64,000 nucleotides of DNA from Flavobacteriales bacterium (GCA_047601855.1 JASGIM010000002.1:846389-910388); one strand, 5' to 3'; shown: positions 26,347 through 36,343, counted from the first letter of the stretch. The notes: a model not told the origin generated them from the letters alone. Translations and numbers: made by a program.

Positions 26347-27546
26347 ATGCGCCGCTGGTTCCAACTGTCCCTGCTGTTCTTCGCCGTGGCGGCCACCATC
26401 GGTGCACTGCTGCGGCTGATCTACGTGGTGGAGCTTCCCTGGCTCGTGTTCAAGCCCTGGCTGCATGCGCATTCGCACGTGGCCATGCTGGGCTGGCTCT
26501 TCCCCGGCCTGCTCATCGCCCTGCTGCGGCAGGACGACCGCCCCGCCCCGCGCCGCTTCCGCACCTGGATGACGCTTTCGATGGCCTTCGTGGTCGGCAT
26601 GCTGGTGAGCTTCCCCATCCAGGGGTACGGCCCCATCTCCATCGCCTGCTCACTGGCCCAGATGTTCGTGGGCTATGCGCTGAGCGTGCAGGTGTGGCGA
26701 CACACGTCGCGCTGGCCGGTGGCGGGCAGCCGCCTGCTGGTGCGGCTCGCGTTGCTGTTCCAGGCCATCAGCACCATCGGCGTATGGGCCATGGGGCCGA
26801 TCATGCACAGCGGCCTGGCGGGCAGCGAGTGGTACTACTGGAGCATCCAATGGTTCCTGCACTTCCAGTTCAACGGCTGGTTCTGGTTCGCGGCCATGGC
26901 CATCGGCAGCCGCTGGGCGGAGCGCCACGGCGTGGATGTGCAGCTGGACCGCCTTACGGTGTTCCTCTGGGTGATCGGCACGGTGCTCACGTTCGCGCTG
27001 GCCATCGCGTGGAGCGAACGGACCATCGGCGTGATCGCGGTGAACTCCGTGGGCGTGCTGGTGCAGGCGTGGGCGGCGTGGCGCACCCTGCGCGCCATGC
27101 AGCACGCGCGGCCGCAGGCGCAGGTGCGCACCACGCGCTGGATGCGCATCGTGATCGGCACCATGCTCATCGCCATGGCCGTCAAGGTGGCCGCGCAGGC
27201 CGCCGCGTCCATCCCCGCCGTGGCCGACATCGCCGTCACGCTGCGCAACTATGTCGTCGGCTTCGTACACCTCAACACGATCGGCGCCGCCACCATGGTG
27301 CTGATGGCCTTCGCGCTGGAACGCCGCTGGCTGGATGAAGCCTGCGCGCCGGTCCGCGCCGGACTGGCCTTGCTGATTGCCGGGTTCGCCTTCAGCGAGC
27401 TGCTGCTCTTCGGCCAGGGCACGCTGATCTGGATACGCTGGGGCATGCTGCCCGGCTACCATTGGATGCTGTTCGCGGTGAGCGCGATGCTGCCGATAGG
27501 GGTGCTGCTGCTGGTGGCGGGGTCGCGTTCCGGCGAGAACGTGTGA
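26347..27546 (+). CDS. Polytopic membrane protein, NnrS-like (assignment tentative)
   Basis: ORF 26284..27546. Start moved to MRRWFQLSLLFF because the upstream ATG lies inside the TGAC-N4-GTCA site. About 12 TM helices. WLHAHSHVAMLGW resembles the NnrS HAHxxxFGW motif. Divergent from the nos operon. Confidence 0.55.
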   Translation: MRRWFQLSLLFFAVAATIGALLRLIYVVELPWLVFKPWLHAHSHVAMLGWLFPGLLIALLRQDDRPAPRRFRTWMTLSMAFVVGMLVSFPIQGYGPISIACSLAQMFVGYALSVQVWRHTSRWPVAGSRLLVRLALLFQAISTIGVWAMGPIMHSGLAGSEWYYWSIQWFLHFQFNGWFWFAAMAIGSRWAERHGVDVQLDRLTVFLWVIGTVLTFALAIAWSERTIGVIAVNSVGVLVQAWAAWRTLRAMQHARPQAQVRTTRWMRIVIGTMLIAMAVKVAAQAAASIPAVADIAVTLRNYVVGFVHLNTIGAATMVLMAFALERRWLDEACAPVRAGLALLIAGFAFSELLLFGQGTLIWIRWGMLPGYHWMLFAVSAMLPIGVLLLVAGSRSGENV

Positions 27547-27666
27547 AGGCCGCACGGTCTTATTGGTGAGCACCGGCCATTGGTCGGAGCCTTGCGGGTC
27601 GGATCAGCGCGGGGTATGCTGAGTAAAATTTCGGATCATCAGTCGATCTATTAGCCATAATGCATC

Positions 27667-27707
27667 ATACATGAAGATCGGAAGTAGCGCTTCCGATCTT
27701 CATGTAT
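27667..27707. terminator. 18-bp perfect hairpin in the gap between convergent NnrS-like and DinB genes
   Basis: ATACATGAAGATCGGAAG-TAGCG-CTTCCGATCTTCATGTAT, anchored on ORF 27651. AT-rich flanks but no U-tract. Confidence 0.4.
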
Positions 27708-27925
27708 AGAGGTTGTCGGGCTTGATGGCGCTATAGAGGATGGTGCGGAGTGCGTGCCGGAGATCGGAGCGCTGGGGTGAGCGGCGTGTGCCCATGTGCT
27801 CATGCGACCATGTGCCCATTGACCCTCGCTCGGAGCACTACGGTGGAAGCGCTGCACCGACCTTGCCCGGAGCGGCATTCCATGCGCACATGGCCTTGTT
27901 GGCGTGGTGTTGGAACTTTTCTCTC

Positions 27926-28489
27926 CTAACGGAGATCGTCCGTGAAATGCCCGCCATGCGGTCCCCGGCTGAATTTCTCCTGGTTGAAACCGGAGGAACC
28001 TCCCCTGGGGATGGACAGACTTTCCCATGCGGCGCCTTTCAGCATGCGGCCCAGCAGCACGATCTGTCCCACGTGGTAGGCGTAGTGGCATAGCTGCCTG
28101 TTCACCGCGTCCACAATGGAATGGGCCTGGGCACGGATGTACACCGTGGTGCCGAAGTTGGTGGCCGTTACCGTGTCCAGGGCATCGAAGAGGCACTTCC
28201 ATCCTTCCTCCCACTGGGCCAGCAACTCGGCCCGGCTGCTCAACTCATCCTCGAACTCCCGGTCCCGTTCGCGCCACGGCTTCTCGCCATCGCTCGTGAG
28301 GAAGTCCGTCCACCGCGAACGCATGTTGCCCCACAGGTGGTGTACGATGATGGCGATGGAGTTGGCCTCCGGATCCGAGCGGTAGAACAGTTGGGTGTCC
28401 TCCAACTGCGCGAAGGTCTTTTCGCCAAGCCGCTTGTAGTAGGCGAACTGCTGCCGGGCGCTGGCGAGGTAGGTGGCGGAGATGTCCAT
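27926..28489 (-). CDS. DinB/DUF1572 family four-helix-bundle protein
   Basis: 187 aa with metal-binding His pattern (IIVHHLWGNM ... CHYAYHVGQIVLL) typical of the DinB superfamily. Confidence 0.7.
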   Translation of the reverse strand: MDISATYLASARQQFAYYKRLGEKTFAQLEDTQLFYRSDPEANSIAIIVHHLWGNMRSRWTDFLTSDGEKPWRERDREFEDELSSRAELLAQWEEGWKCLFDALDTVTATNFGTTVYIRAQAHSIVDAVNRQLCHYAYHVGQIVLLGRMLKGAAWESLSIPRGGSSGFNQEKFSRGPHGGHFTDDLR

Positions 28490-28556
28490 GGTGTGAAAGT
28501 GTGAAGGAAGATGGTCCCTTGATCGGATGCATGGATCGGACGCTGACCGGCACGGC

Positions 28557-31184
28557 CTACCCGCACTTCGTTCCCCCGCAGCTCCGGCACTTTAGGCAGC
28601 CCTCCTCATAGTACAGCCCTTCTGCGTCGCCGCAGTCGGCGCACTTGCGGCCGCTGGCGCTGGTGCCGTCGGGGATGTAGCGTTGCAGGCTGCGCACCAC
28701 GCCGTTCTTCCACGTGTTCAGCGTGGCGTCGAGCAGGTTCAGGTTCGCCACCACGTCCACCACCTGCGGCACGGGCATCCCCTGGCGCAGCATGCCGCTG
28801 ATCAGGATCGCATAGTTCCAGAACTCGGGATCGAACGTGCGGCTCAGGCCCTGCACGGTCACGCGGTAATCATCCTGATCCGCGTACTCCAGGTCGTAGC
28901 GGTTCTTGCCGCGCTTCTCGTCGCGGCGCTTCACCACCCAGCCTTTCGTCACCCACTTGGGCAGCTCGAAACCGCCGTTGGCCTTGCCGGTGAAGATCTC
29001 ATACGGCCTTCCCTCGAACAGGCCCACCACGGCCAGCCACGGTTCGGTGCCGTTGTTGAAACGGATCACGTCGGCCTCGAGGCGTTCGGGGCGGGCGATG
29101 TGGTGGTGTTCGGCCGCAGCGTCCCCACCGCCCTTGCCGTGTTCACCGGTGTTCGATACCAACACCCCACTGCGGCTGCCGTCCCGGTATACGGTGATGC
29201 CTTTCAGCCCATGCCGCCATGCTTCGAGGTAGATGCCGCCCACCTGCTCCACGGTGGCGGTGCCGGGCAGGTTGATGGTGCTGCTGATGGAGTGCGTCAC
29301 GTACTTCTGCACCACGCTCTGCATGCGCACGCGGCGCTGCCAGTCGATGTCGTTCGCGGTGGCGCCGTGGTAGGGGCTCTGCGCGGGGTCCTCCTTGCCG
29401 GTGGCCTTCATCCAATCCAGCAGGCGCGGGTGGTGTACGGTGAACTCCTCCCACTGGTCGCCCAGCTCGTCGGTGAAGCTCACCACGGCCTTGCTGTCGC
29501 CATGCACCACCTTGCGGCGGCGCGTGTAGCCCAGCATGAACACCGGCTCGATGCCGCTGCTGGTGCGGGTGAGCAGGCTCAGCGTGCCGGTGGGTGCCAC
29601 GGTGCTGATGCTCACGTTGCGGCGGCCGTAGCGCATCATGCGGTCGTGCACCTCCGGCAGTTTGTTCCCCAGCATGGACACGAACCCGCTGGTGCGCTCG
29701 ATGGCGGGGTCGAAGCCCTCGAAGGTCCCGCGCTCGATCGCCATGTCGATGCTGCTCTCGAACTCGGCGCGGCACTTGGTGCGCAGGATGGCCTCGGTGG
29801 CCTCCAGCGCGGGCTCCTCGTCGTATTTCAAGTTGAGCGCGGCAAGCGCGTCGGCCATGCCGGTGAACCCCAGCCCCGTGCGGCGGCCCTTGCGGCCGGT
29901 GTCGCGCAACAGCTCCCAGGTCTCGCGTTCCACGCGCTTCACTTCGCCGGGTTCGGGATCGCTGTCCACCTTGGCCAGGATGCGGTCCACGGCTTCGAGC
30001 TCCAGGTCCACGAGGTCGTCCATGAGGCGCTGTGCCTCGTAGGTGACGGCAGCGAAGCGTTCGTGATCGAACCACGCGTTCGGCGTGAAGGCGTCCTGCA
30101 CGAAGCTGTACAGGTTGATGGCGATCAGGCGGCAGCTGTCACCGCCCTGCATGGCGATCTCGCTGCACGGGTTGGTGCTCTCGTTCCTGAAGCTGGGGTA
30201 CACGCTGCTGGTGCTGTACGTGTGCTGGCGGTCCCAGAAGATCAGGCCGGGTTCGGCGGTGTTGTGGGCGCAGCTTACCAGCGTGTTCCACAGTTCGCGC
30301 GCCTTCACTTGTTTCGTTACCAGCGGCTCCTTCGCACCTGCCTTCGCTTGCTTCGGCAAGGCACTGTCAATGGGCCAGCGGTGCGTGTACATCGCGTCAT
30401 CGGCCACGGCTTGCAGGAACTCGTCGCTCACGCGCACGCTCACGTTGGCGCCGGTGACCTTGGTGAGGTCCTGCTTGATGGTGATGAACTTCTCCACGTC
30501 GGGGTGGGCGATGTCCATGGTGAGCATCAGCGCACCGCGGCGGCCTTTCTGGGCCACTTCGCGCGTGGTGTTGCTGAAGCGCTCCATGAAGCTGACGGCG
30601 CCGGTGCTGGTGCGCGCGGCGTTGCTCACGGCGGCGCCTTCGGGGCGCAGGCTGCTCAGGTCGAAGCCCACGCCGCAGCGGCGTTTGAACAACTGCGCCA
30701 GTTGCTGGTCGTTGCGGAAGATGCCGCCGTAGCTGTCCAGCGGGGCGGGGATCACCACGCAGTTGCTCAACGAGGCCAGCCGGTAGGGATCGCCGAGCGA
30801 GGCCATCACGCTGCCCTGCGGCACCACGTCGCGGAACCCATCGAAGAGGGCGAAGATGCGCTCCTCGGTGAGGGGTTCTCGTTCGCGGCCGTAGGTGCTC
30901 AACAGCTTCTGCTTGGCTGCGGAGGCGCGTCCGTACTTCGCCTCGATGCGGGCGAATTCGCGGGCCATGCGCAGGTGCATCGCGGCGGGGGTGCCCTCCA
31001 GCAATTCGCCTTCGGCGTTGCGCAGGGCGTACTTGTTCACCCACGTGGTGGCGGCCAGTTCATCGCCCTTGAAGTAGGTCAGCGATCGCTCCACGGCCTC
31101 CTCCTTGGTGAAGGTGGCGTTCGCGGGTCCATGGGTGTTCTTCTTCACGGTCTGGCGTTGTTCAAGGGTGGCGTTCGCTGGCAT
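28557..31184 (-). CDS. nrdJ: Adenosylcobalamin-dependent (class II) ribonucleotide reductase
   Basis: Start taken at MPANATLEQ. Active-site loop STNPCSEIAMQGGDSCRLIAINL. C-terminal redox/zinc tail CADCGDAEGLYYEEGCLKCRSCGGTKCG. About 875 aa. Confidence 0.88.
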   Translation of the reverse strand: MPANATLEQRQTVKKNTHGPANATFTKEEAVERSLTYFKGDELAATTWVNKYALRNAEGELLEGTPAAMHLRMAREFARIEAKYGRASAAKQKLLSTYGREREPLTEERIFALFDGFRDVVPQGSVMASLGDPYRLASLSNCVVIPAPLDSYGGIFRNDQQLAQLFKRRCGVGFDLSSLRPEGAAVSNAARTSTGAVSFMERFSNTTREVAQKGRRGALMLTMDIAHPDVEKFITIKQDLTKVTGANVSVRVSDEFLQAVADDAMYTHRWPIDSALPKQAKAGAKEPLVTKQVKARELWNTLVSCAHNTAEPGLIFWDRQHTYSTSSVYPSFRNESTNPCSEIAMQGGDSCRLIAINLYSFVQDAFTPNAWFDHERFAAVTYEAQRLMDDLVDLELEAVDRILAKVDSDPEPGEVKRVERETWELLRDTGRKGRRTGLGFTGMADALAALNLKYDEEPALEATEAILRTKCRAEFESSIDMAIERGTFEGFDPAIERTSGFVSMLGNKLPEVHDRMMRYGRRNVSISTVAPTGTLSLLTRTSSGIEPVFMLGYTRRRKVVHGDSKAVVSFTDELGDQWEEFTVHHPRLLDWMKATGKEDPAQSPYHGATANDIDWQRRVRMQSVVQKYVTHSISSTINLPGTATVEQVGGIYLEAWRHGLKGITVYRDGSRSGVLVSNTGEHGKGGGDAAAEHHHIARPERLEADVIRFNNGTEPWLAVVGLFEGRPYEIFTGKANGGFELPKWVTKGWVVKRRDEKRGKNRYDLEYADQDDYRVTVQGLSRTFDPEFWNYAILISGMLRQGMPVPQVVDVVANLNLLDATLNTWKNGVVRSLQRYIPDGTSASGRKCADCGDAEGLYYEEGCLKCRSCGGTKCG

Positions 31185-31237
31185 GGTGATCGTGCGATGG
31201 ATGATGAGAGGAAGACAAAGTTCCATGCCACATCAGC

Positions 31238-31249
31238 TGACCATCGTCA
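31238..31249. promoter_or_regulatory. TGAC-N4-GTCA palindrome (CTGACCATCGTCAG), 54 nt upstream of the nrdJ start
   Basis: Read directly and anchored on ORF 31105. Confidence 0.55.
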
Positions 31250-31520
31250 GTTGCAACGATCGATCTCCACCGCCTTGTCAACGATCCTGAAAGGCTTTCT
31301 GGGCGCGGGTCATAGGAGCTTTACGCCCTGCGGCGGAGCGTGTCCGGGAGGTGTGCGCCGCCGCCTCCATCCCCTCGCGGGAAAGCGGGCCGCGATGCCC
31401 GGGAACGCATGGGGAACGGGCGTGTCCGACGCGTTCGCTGCGCGGGCCATGGCCTGTGGCGGCGGAACGCTTGTTGGAAGCCGGGACCGCATCCCCTGAT
31501 CGAGGTATCCGGCCGGCCGG

Positions 31521-31553
31521 AAAAGGAAAGGGCGTGGATCCGGTCCACGCCCC
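31521..31553 (-). terminator. Rho-independent terminator after gdh
   Basis: 9-bp GC stem GGGCGTGGA/TCCACGCCC (31530-38 / 31544-52) with a 5-nt loop. Followed on the minus strand by CTTTCCTTTT. Lies 27 nt past the gdh stop. Confidence 0.7.
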
Positions 31554-31578
31554 TTTTTCGGTGTTCGTTCCTTCCGGC

Positions 31579-32868
31579 CTAGGGGAAGATGCCGCGTTCC
31601 TTGTAGGCCTTCTCCAGGCGCCGCAACGCCACGATGTAGGCGCTCGTACGCCAGTCCGTATCGAACTCGCCGGCGGTGTTCACCACGCTGGTGAAGGCGG
31701 TGCTGATCTTCTCGTGGATCATCCGGAGCACCTCCTCGATCTTCCAGTACTCGGCGCGCTTGTTCTGCAACCACTCGATGTAGCTGCCGATAACGCCGCC
31801 GCTGTTGCACAGGATGTCGGGGATGATCTCCACGCCTTTCTCCCGGAGGATGGCTTCGCCTTCCGTGTCCGTGGGGCCGTTGGCGCCCTCGGCCACCACC
31901 TTCGCCTTGATGCTGCCTGCGTTCTTCGCGGTGATCTGGTTGCCCAACGCCGCGGGCACCACGATGTCGCAATCGATGCCGAAGAACCCGGCCGGGTCGA
32001 TGGCCGTGGCCCCTTTGAAGCCCGCCACGCTGCGGTTGCTCGCCTCCACGTGGCTGTTCAGCTGCTCGGGGTCGATGCCGTCGGCGTTGTACAGGGTGCC
32101 GCTGGCATCCTGCGTGCCCAGCAGGATCGCCCCTTCCTTCGCCATGAAGTGGGCCGTCCAATACCCCACGTTGCCGAAGCCCTGCACGATGTAGCGCTTG
32201 CCTTTCAGGCTTTCGTTGCGGCGCTCGGCCCAGGCCTTCAGCGTCACCACCACGCCGTAGCCCGTGGCGCGGTCGCGGCCTTCGAGGCCACCCGCGCCCA
32301 GCGGTTTGCCGGTGACCACGTGCAGGTTGCTGAAGCGCGTGCTCGGCGACTTCGTGCTGCTGAACGTGTCGGCGATCCACGCCATGATCTGCGCGTTCGT
32401 GTTCACGTCCGGGGCGGGGATGTCCAGGTCCGGGCCGATGTTGTCACCCAGCGCGTAGGTGAAGCGGCGCGTGATGCGCTCCAGTTCGCCCTTCGAGTAC
32501 TGCTTCGGATCGATCTGGATCCCGCCCTTGCCGCCGCCGTAGGGCAGGCCGGCGAGCGAGGTCTTCCACGTCATCCAGATCGCCAGCGCGCGGGCCGAAT
32601 CGATGTCCACCGTGGGGTGGTAGCGCAGGCCGCCCTTGTAGGGTCCGAGCGCGTTGTTGTGCTGCACGCGATAGCCGGTGAACACCTCGATGGTGCCATC
32701 GTCCAGCTTCACCGGGAAGTGCACCACGATCTCGTTGTTCGTCTGGCCCAGGATCTTGCGGACACCCGCATCCAGGCCCATCACATCGGCGGCGCGTTCG
32801 AACTGGTCCATCACCACCTTGTACATGCCTTGTCTGCTCTGCGCCTTCTTGGCGCCTTCTGCTTCCAT
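31579..32868 (-). CDS. gdhA: Glutamate dehydrogenase (Glu/Leu/Phe/Val dehydrogenase family)
   Basis: Start taken at MEAEGAKK. Catalytic Lys motif LPYGGGKGGIQIDP. NAD(P) fold VQGFGNVGYW. About 429 aa. Confidence 0.85.
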   Translation of the reverse strand: MEAEGAKKAQSRQGMYKVVMDQFERAADVMGLDAGVRKILGQTNNEIVVHFPVKLDDGTIEVFTGYRVQHNNALGPYKGGLRYHPTVDIDSARALAIWMTWKTSLAGLPYGGGKGGIQIDPKQYSKGELERITRRFTYALGDNIGPDLDIPAPDVNTNAQIMAWIADTFSSTKSPSTRFSNLHVVTGKPLGAGGLEGRDRATGYGVVVTLKAWAERRNESLKGKRYIVQGFGNVGYWTAHFMAKEGAILLGTQDASGTLYNADGIDPEQLNSHVEASNRSVAGFKGATAIDPAGFFGIDCDIVVPAALGNQITAKNAGSIKAKVVAEGANGPTDTEGEAILREKGVEIIPDILCNSGGVIGSYIEWLQNKRAEYWKIEEVLRMIHEKISTAFTSVVNTAGEFDTDWRTSAYIVALRRLEKAYKERGIFP

Positions 32869-32986
32869 TGTCAGGTTTTTTGGTTCCCCCATGCAAGGGG
32901 GCGCAAAGTTGGGGTGCTTTCTTTCACTTATGGAGGTCCGGGGCGTTCCCTTTTTTATCGCAGGATTGCATTCCGACCCAGAACGC

Positions 32987-35401
32987 TCATCCGGATGCCG
33001 GGGTCTTGCCACGTGAGGCCACCCACACCGCTAGGGTAACGAACCCCACCACGCTGATGCTGCTCAGCGGCATCAGGACGGCGGCGATGAGCGGTGTCAT
33101 GTGCCCCGCCACGGCCAGGGAAACGCCGGTGATGTTGTAGCACAGCGAGATGCCAAGGCTGGCCACCACGATGCTGCGCGCGCGCCGGGCCATGCGCAGG
33201 AACTGCGGAAGGCCGGCGATGGCATCGGCGTCCAGGATGGCGTCGCTGGCGGGCGTGAGGGCGGCGCTGGTCTCGGTAACGGTGATGCCCACGTCGGCCT
33301 GGGCCAATGCCCCGGCGTCGTTGAGGCCGTCGCCCACCATCAGCACGCGATGGCCCTGGTCCTGAAGGTGGCGGATGGCCTGCTGCTTGTCCACCGGTGA
33401 ACACTGGGTGCGCACCTCCTCTTCGGCGAAGGCTACCGCGAGCTCCGGGTCCACCTGGGCATCTCCGGTGAGCAGGGCCATGCGCAACCGTTTCCGCAGG
33501 CGCGCCACGGCGTGCACGATGCCGCCGCGCGCGCGCTTGCGGATGGCGAAATGCCCGCGGTACAGGCCATCGATGGTCACATGCACGTGCGCTTCCCCGC
33601 TGCCGCGCGCTTGTTCCTCCGCGCCACAGAACGATGCTGATCCGATGCGCACCGCGTGGCCCTCCACGGTGCCAATGATGCCTTGGCCGGGGTGCTCCCG
33701 TACTTCGGCATCGGGTGGCGCATGTTCCCCTTCCGGTGCCCGATCGGCGCCCTTCAGTTCCCGCGCCAGCACCACGCTCAGCGGGTGGGTGCTGCTGCGC
33801 GCCAGGCCGCGCACCAGCGCGCGTTCCCCGGTGTCCAACGCCCTGCCGTGCCATTGCACCTCGTGCGCCTCGCGCGCGGTGAGCGTGCCGGTCTTGTCGA
33901 ACACCACGGTGTCCACGTGGGCCATGCGTTCCACCACCTCGGTATCGCGCAGGAAGAGGCCGCGCCTGCCCAGCAGGCGTACGGTGTGGCCGTAGGCGAA
34001 AGGCATGCTCAGGGCCAGCGCGCAGGGGCAGGCCACAATGAGCACGGCGGTGACCACGGGCCACACCTGCGCGCTGTCCTTGCCCCACCAGTAGAGCCCG
34101 GCGCCGAGGGAGATCAGCAGCACCGCCACGGTGAAACGCCGGGCCACGTTGTCGATCATCCGCGGCATGGCGGGCCGCTCGTGGGCGGGGTCCTGCTCGG
34201 CCCATAGCTGCTTCAGGCGGCTGTCGGCGAAGGTGCGCAACACCTCCAGCTCGATGGCCGCGCCGCGTTGGCGGCCGCCGGCCTTGATGGTATCGCCCGC
34301 GTTCTTGCGCACCGGCAGCGGTTCCCCGGTGATGAAGCTGTTGTCGATGTGCCCGGTGCCCGCGCGCAGCACCGCGTCCACGGGCACCAGTTCCTGGTCG
34401 CGCACGATGATGCGGTCGCCGGGCCTCAGGTCGGCCACCTTCACCGGTTCTTCATGGGCGCCTTGCTTGCGCAGCACCACCAGCGGCAGGAAATCCTCCA
34501 GCGCCCGGTCGAAGCGCAACGCCCGGTACGTATGGGCCTGGTACCACCGGCCGATCAGCAGGAAGAAGAGCAGCCCCGCGAGCGAATCGAAATAACCCGG
34601 CCCCGAGCCGCTGATCACGTCGTGGAGGCTGCGGGTCCACAGTGCCACGATGCCCAAGGCGATGGGCTGGTCGATGTTCACCAGGCGGCTGCGGATGCCC
34701 GCCCAGGCGCTGCGGAAGAAGTCGGTGCTGAGGAAGAAGACCACCGGGATGGAGAACAGCACGATGAGCCATTGGAACCCCGCCTTCAGGCCGGCCTCGT
34801 TGTTGGCCCCCAGGTATTCGGGGAAGCTCAGCATCATGGTGTTGCCGAACACGAAGCCCGCCACCCCCAGCCGGATGTACAGCATGCGGGGGATCTCGGC
34901 GCCCTTGCTCCGTGCCGTGGTGTTCGTGAGCTGTGGGCCGTAGCCGATGCGGCGCAGCAGCTTCACCAGGCCGGCCATCGGAAGGCGTTCCTCGCGGAAG
35001 GTGACGGTGAGCTCCTTGTTCGCGAAGGATACCCGCGAGCGCATGATCGCCGGGTCCAGCCGGTGCAGGTTCTCCAGCAGCCAGATGCACGAGCTGCAGT
35101 GCATCTGCGGCACGCTGAAGCGCACCCGCGTGATGCCCGCCTCGCTGAACTCCACCAGCCGCGTGCGGACCTCCTCCAGGCCGAAGAGCTCCGTGCGTTG
35201 CTCGTCCACCGAGGCCTGCTGCTTCGTGCCCGGCCGCTCTTCCATGGTGTAGTAGTCGCACAGCCCGCTTTCCTTCAGCAGGCCGTACACCACCTCGCAG
35301 CCCTGGCAGCAGAAGTCGTGGCCGTCCTGCTTGCGGTGCTCTTCCGCGCAGGGATCCCCGCAGTGGAAGCAGGTGACGGCGATCGGGTCCTGGACCTTCA
35401 T
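32987..35401 (-). CDS. ccoI: Heavy-metal (copper) P1B-type ATPase of the CcoI/FixI type
   Basis: 804 aa. N-terminal CFHCGDPC...FCCQGCEVVYGLL metal-binding domain typical of FixI. CPC (ACPCALAL), DKTGTLT and GDGLNDA motifs. Confidence 0.85.
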   Translation of the reverse strand: MKVQDPIAVTCFHCGDPCAEEHRKQDGHDFCCQGCEVVYGLLKESGLCDYYTMEERPGTKQQASVDEQRTELFGLEEVRTRLVEFSEAGITRVRFSVPQMHCSSCIWLLENLHRLDPAIMRSRVSFANKELTVTFREERLPMAGLVKLLRRIGYGPQLTNTTARSKGAEIPRMLYIRLGVAGFVFGNTMMLSFPEYLGANNEAGLKAGFQWLIVLFSIPVVFFLSTDFFRSAWAGIRSRLVNIDQPIALGIVALWTRSLHDVISGSGPGYFDSLAGLLFFLLIGRWYQAHTYRALRFDRALEDFLPLVVLRKQGAHEEPVKVADLRPGDRIIVRDQELVPVDAVLRAGTGHIDNSFITGEPLPVRKNAGDTIKAGGRQRGAAIELEVLRTFADSRLKQLWAEQDPAHERPAMPRMIDNVARRFTVAVLLISLGAGLYWWGKDSAQVWPVVTAVLIVACPCALALSMPFAYGHTVRLLGRRGLFLRDTEVVERMAHVDTVVFDKTGTLTAREAHEVQWHGRALDTGERALVRGLARSSTHPLSVVLARELKGADRAPEGEHAPPDAEVREHPGQGIIGTVEGHAVRIGSASFCGAEEQARGSGEAHVHVTIDGLYRGHFAIRKRARGGIVHAVARLRKRLRMALLTGDAQVDPELAVAFAEEEVRTQCSPVDKQQAIRHLQDQGHRVLMVGDGLNDAGALAQADVGITVTETSAALTPASDAILDADAIAGLPQFLRMARRARSIVVASLGISLCYNITGVSLAVAGHMTPLIAAVLMPLSSISVVGFVTLAVWVASRGKTPASG

Positions 35402-35455
35402 GGGGTGAACGTGGATGGATCGGACCGGCGCATGTCCGATCCTCTTCGGTGTGGA

Positions 35456-36262
35456 CTAGTCGCGTTGTTCCAGTACCAGCAGTGGGTGATGCCCGTCCAG
35501 CGCCAGTTCCTTCGCCATGCTCGCATGGAAGAGCCGGCCCAGGAACCCGGTGTGCCTGTGGATCACGGCGATCATGTCCGCCCGCTCTTTCTGAGTGGAG
35601 CGCAGCAGTGCATCGGCGATGTCCCGGCCGTGGGCTTCGATGAACCGCAGCGGAACGCCCGACAGCCCGGTCCCATAGATGCCATTGCTCCAATGGTCGG
35701 CGCCCTCCTGCATCGATACGGGGACGTGGGCCACCACGACCTCCGCGGCGGTGTGCAAGGCGATGGAGCGGAGCACGGCCAGGTCCTTCGGGGCCACCAC
35801 GTCGTGGTCGTCCGCCAGCAGGACCCGTTGCAGCGGGCGGATGGCGGCGTTCTCCGGCACGGCCAGCACCGGTATGGGGCTGTTCTTGATCATGGCCGTG
35901 GTGTTGGTGCCGAACAACGGGTTCTGGTGCTTGCCGCGCTGGCCCATCACCACCAGATCGCCCCCGTGTTCGAACGCGAAGGCGTCCAAGGCCACGGGCA
36001 ATGGGCCCAGGAGCAGTTCCTGGCTTGCGCCTTGGATGCCCGTGCGTTCCCGGAACGCCGTGAGCGTATCCTCCAAGGCGATCCGGGTGGTTTCGAGCAG
36101 CTCGGGCACGTAGGCCTGGACCATGGGGTCGGCATAGCCGGTCTCGAAATGGGCATGCACGAACACATAGGACACATCGTCCCGGCCGAATACGCGCGAA
36201 GCGTACAGGGCGGCGTGCATGGCACTGTCGCTGAAGTCGGTGAGCAGGAGGATGCGCATCAT
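35456..36262 (-). CDS. Tandem universal stress protein (UspA) domains
   Basis: Start taken at MMRILLLTDFS. Two Usp halves, each ending in a G-x2-G-x9-G(S/T)-like ATP motif region (VVMGQRGKHQNPLFGTNT; VIHRHTGFLGRLFHASM). Confidence 0.7.
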   Translation of the reverse strand: MMRILLLTDFSDSAMHAALYASRVFGRDDVSYVFVHAHFETGYADPMVQAYVPELLETTRIALEDTLTAFRERTGIQGASQELLLGPLPVALDAFAFEHGGDLVVMGQRGKHQNPLFGTNTTAMIKNSPIPVLAVPENAAIRPLQRVLLADDHDVVAPKDLAVLRSIALHTAAEVVVAHVPVSMQEGADHWSNGIYGTGLSGVPLRFIEAHGRDIADALLRSTQKERADMIAVIHRHTGFLGRLFHASMAKELALDGHHPLLVLEQRD

Positions 36263-36343
36263 CGCGGATCGTCTTTTATGGAACGTACCGCGAAGCAGCC
36301 CCATCCCGGGGATCGGCGGCATGAGCGAAGTCGGTCTTCCGCC

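Noticed and set aside
27674-27700. The hairpin arms contain AGATCGGAAG / CTTCCGATCT, identical to the first 10 nt of the Illumina adapter.
   Set aside because: Only 10 nt match; the sequence then reads TAGCG, not AGC. The arm order is the reverse of an adapter dimer, and the second arm follows automatically from the palindrome. I estimate about 0.1 chance hits for a 10-mer in this window. I kept it as a caveat rather than calling contamination.
31250-31520. Possible cobalamin riboswitch in the ~350-nt GC-rich region upstream of the B12-dependent nrdJ.
   Set aside because: Reading the minus strand, I could not find the B12 box (GCCACTG context) or the conserved GGGAA / GGTG..AA.TCC core elements. 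B12 riboswitches normally repress B12-independent isozymes or transport genes, not nrdJ. An Rfam scan would settle it.
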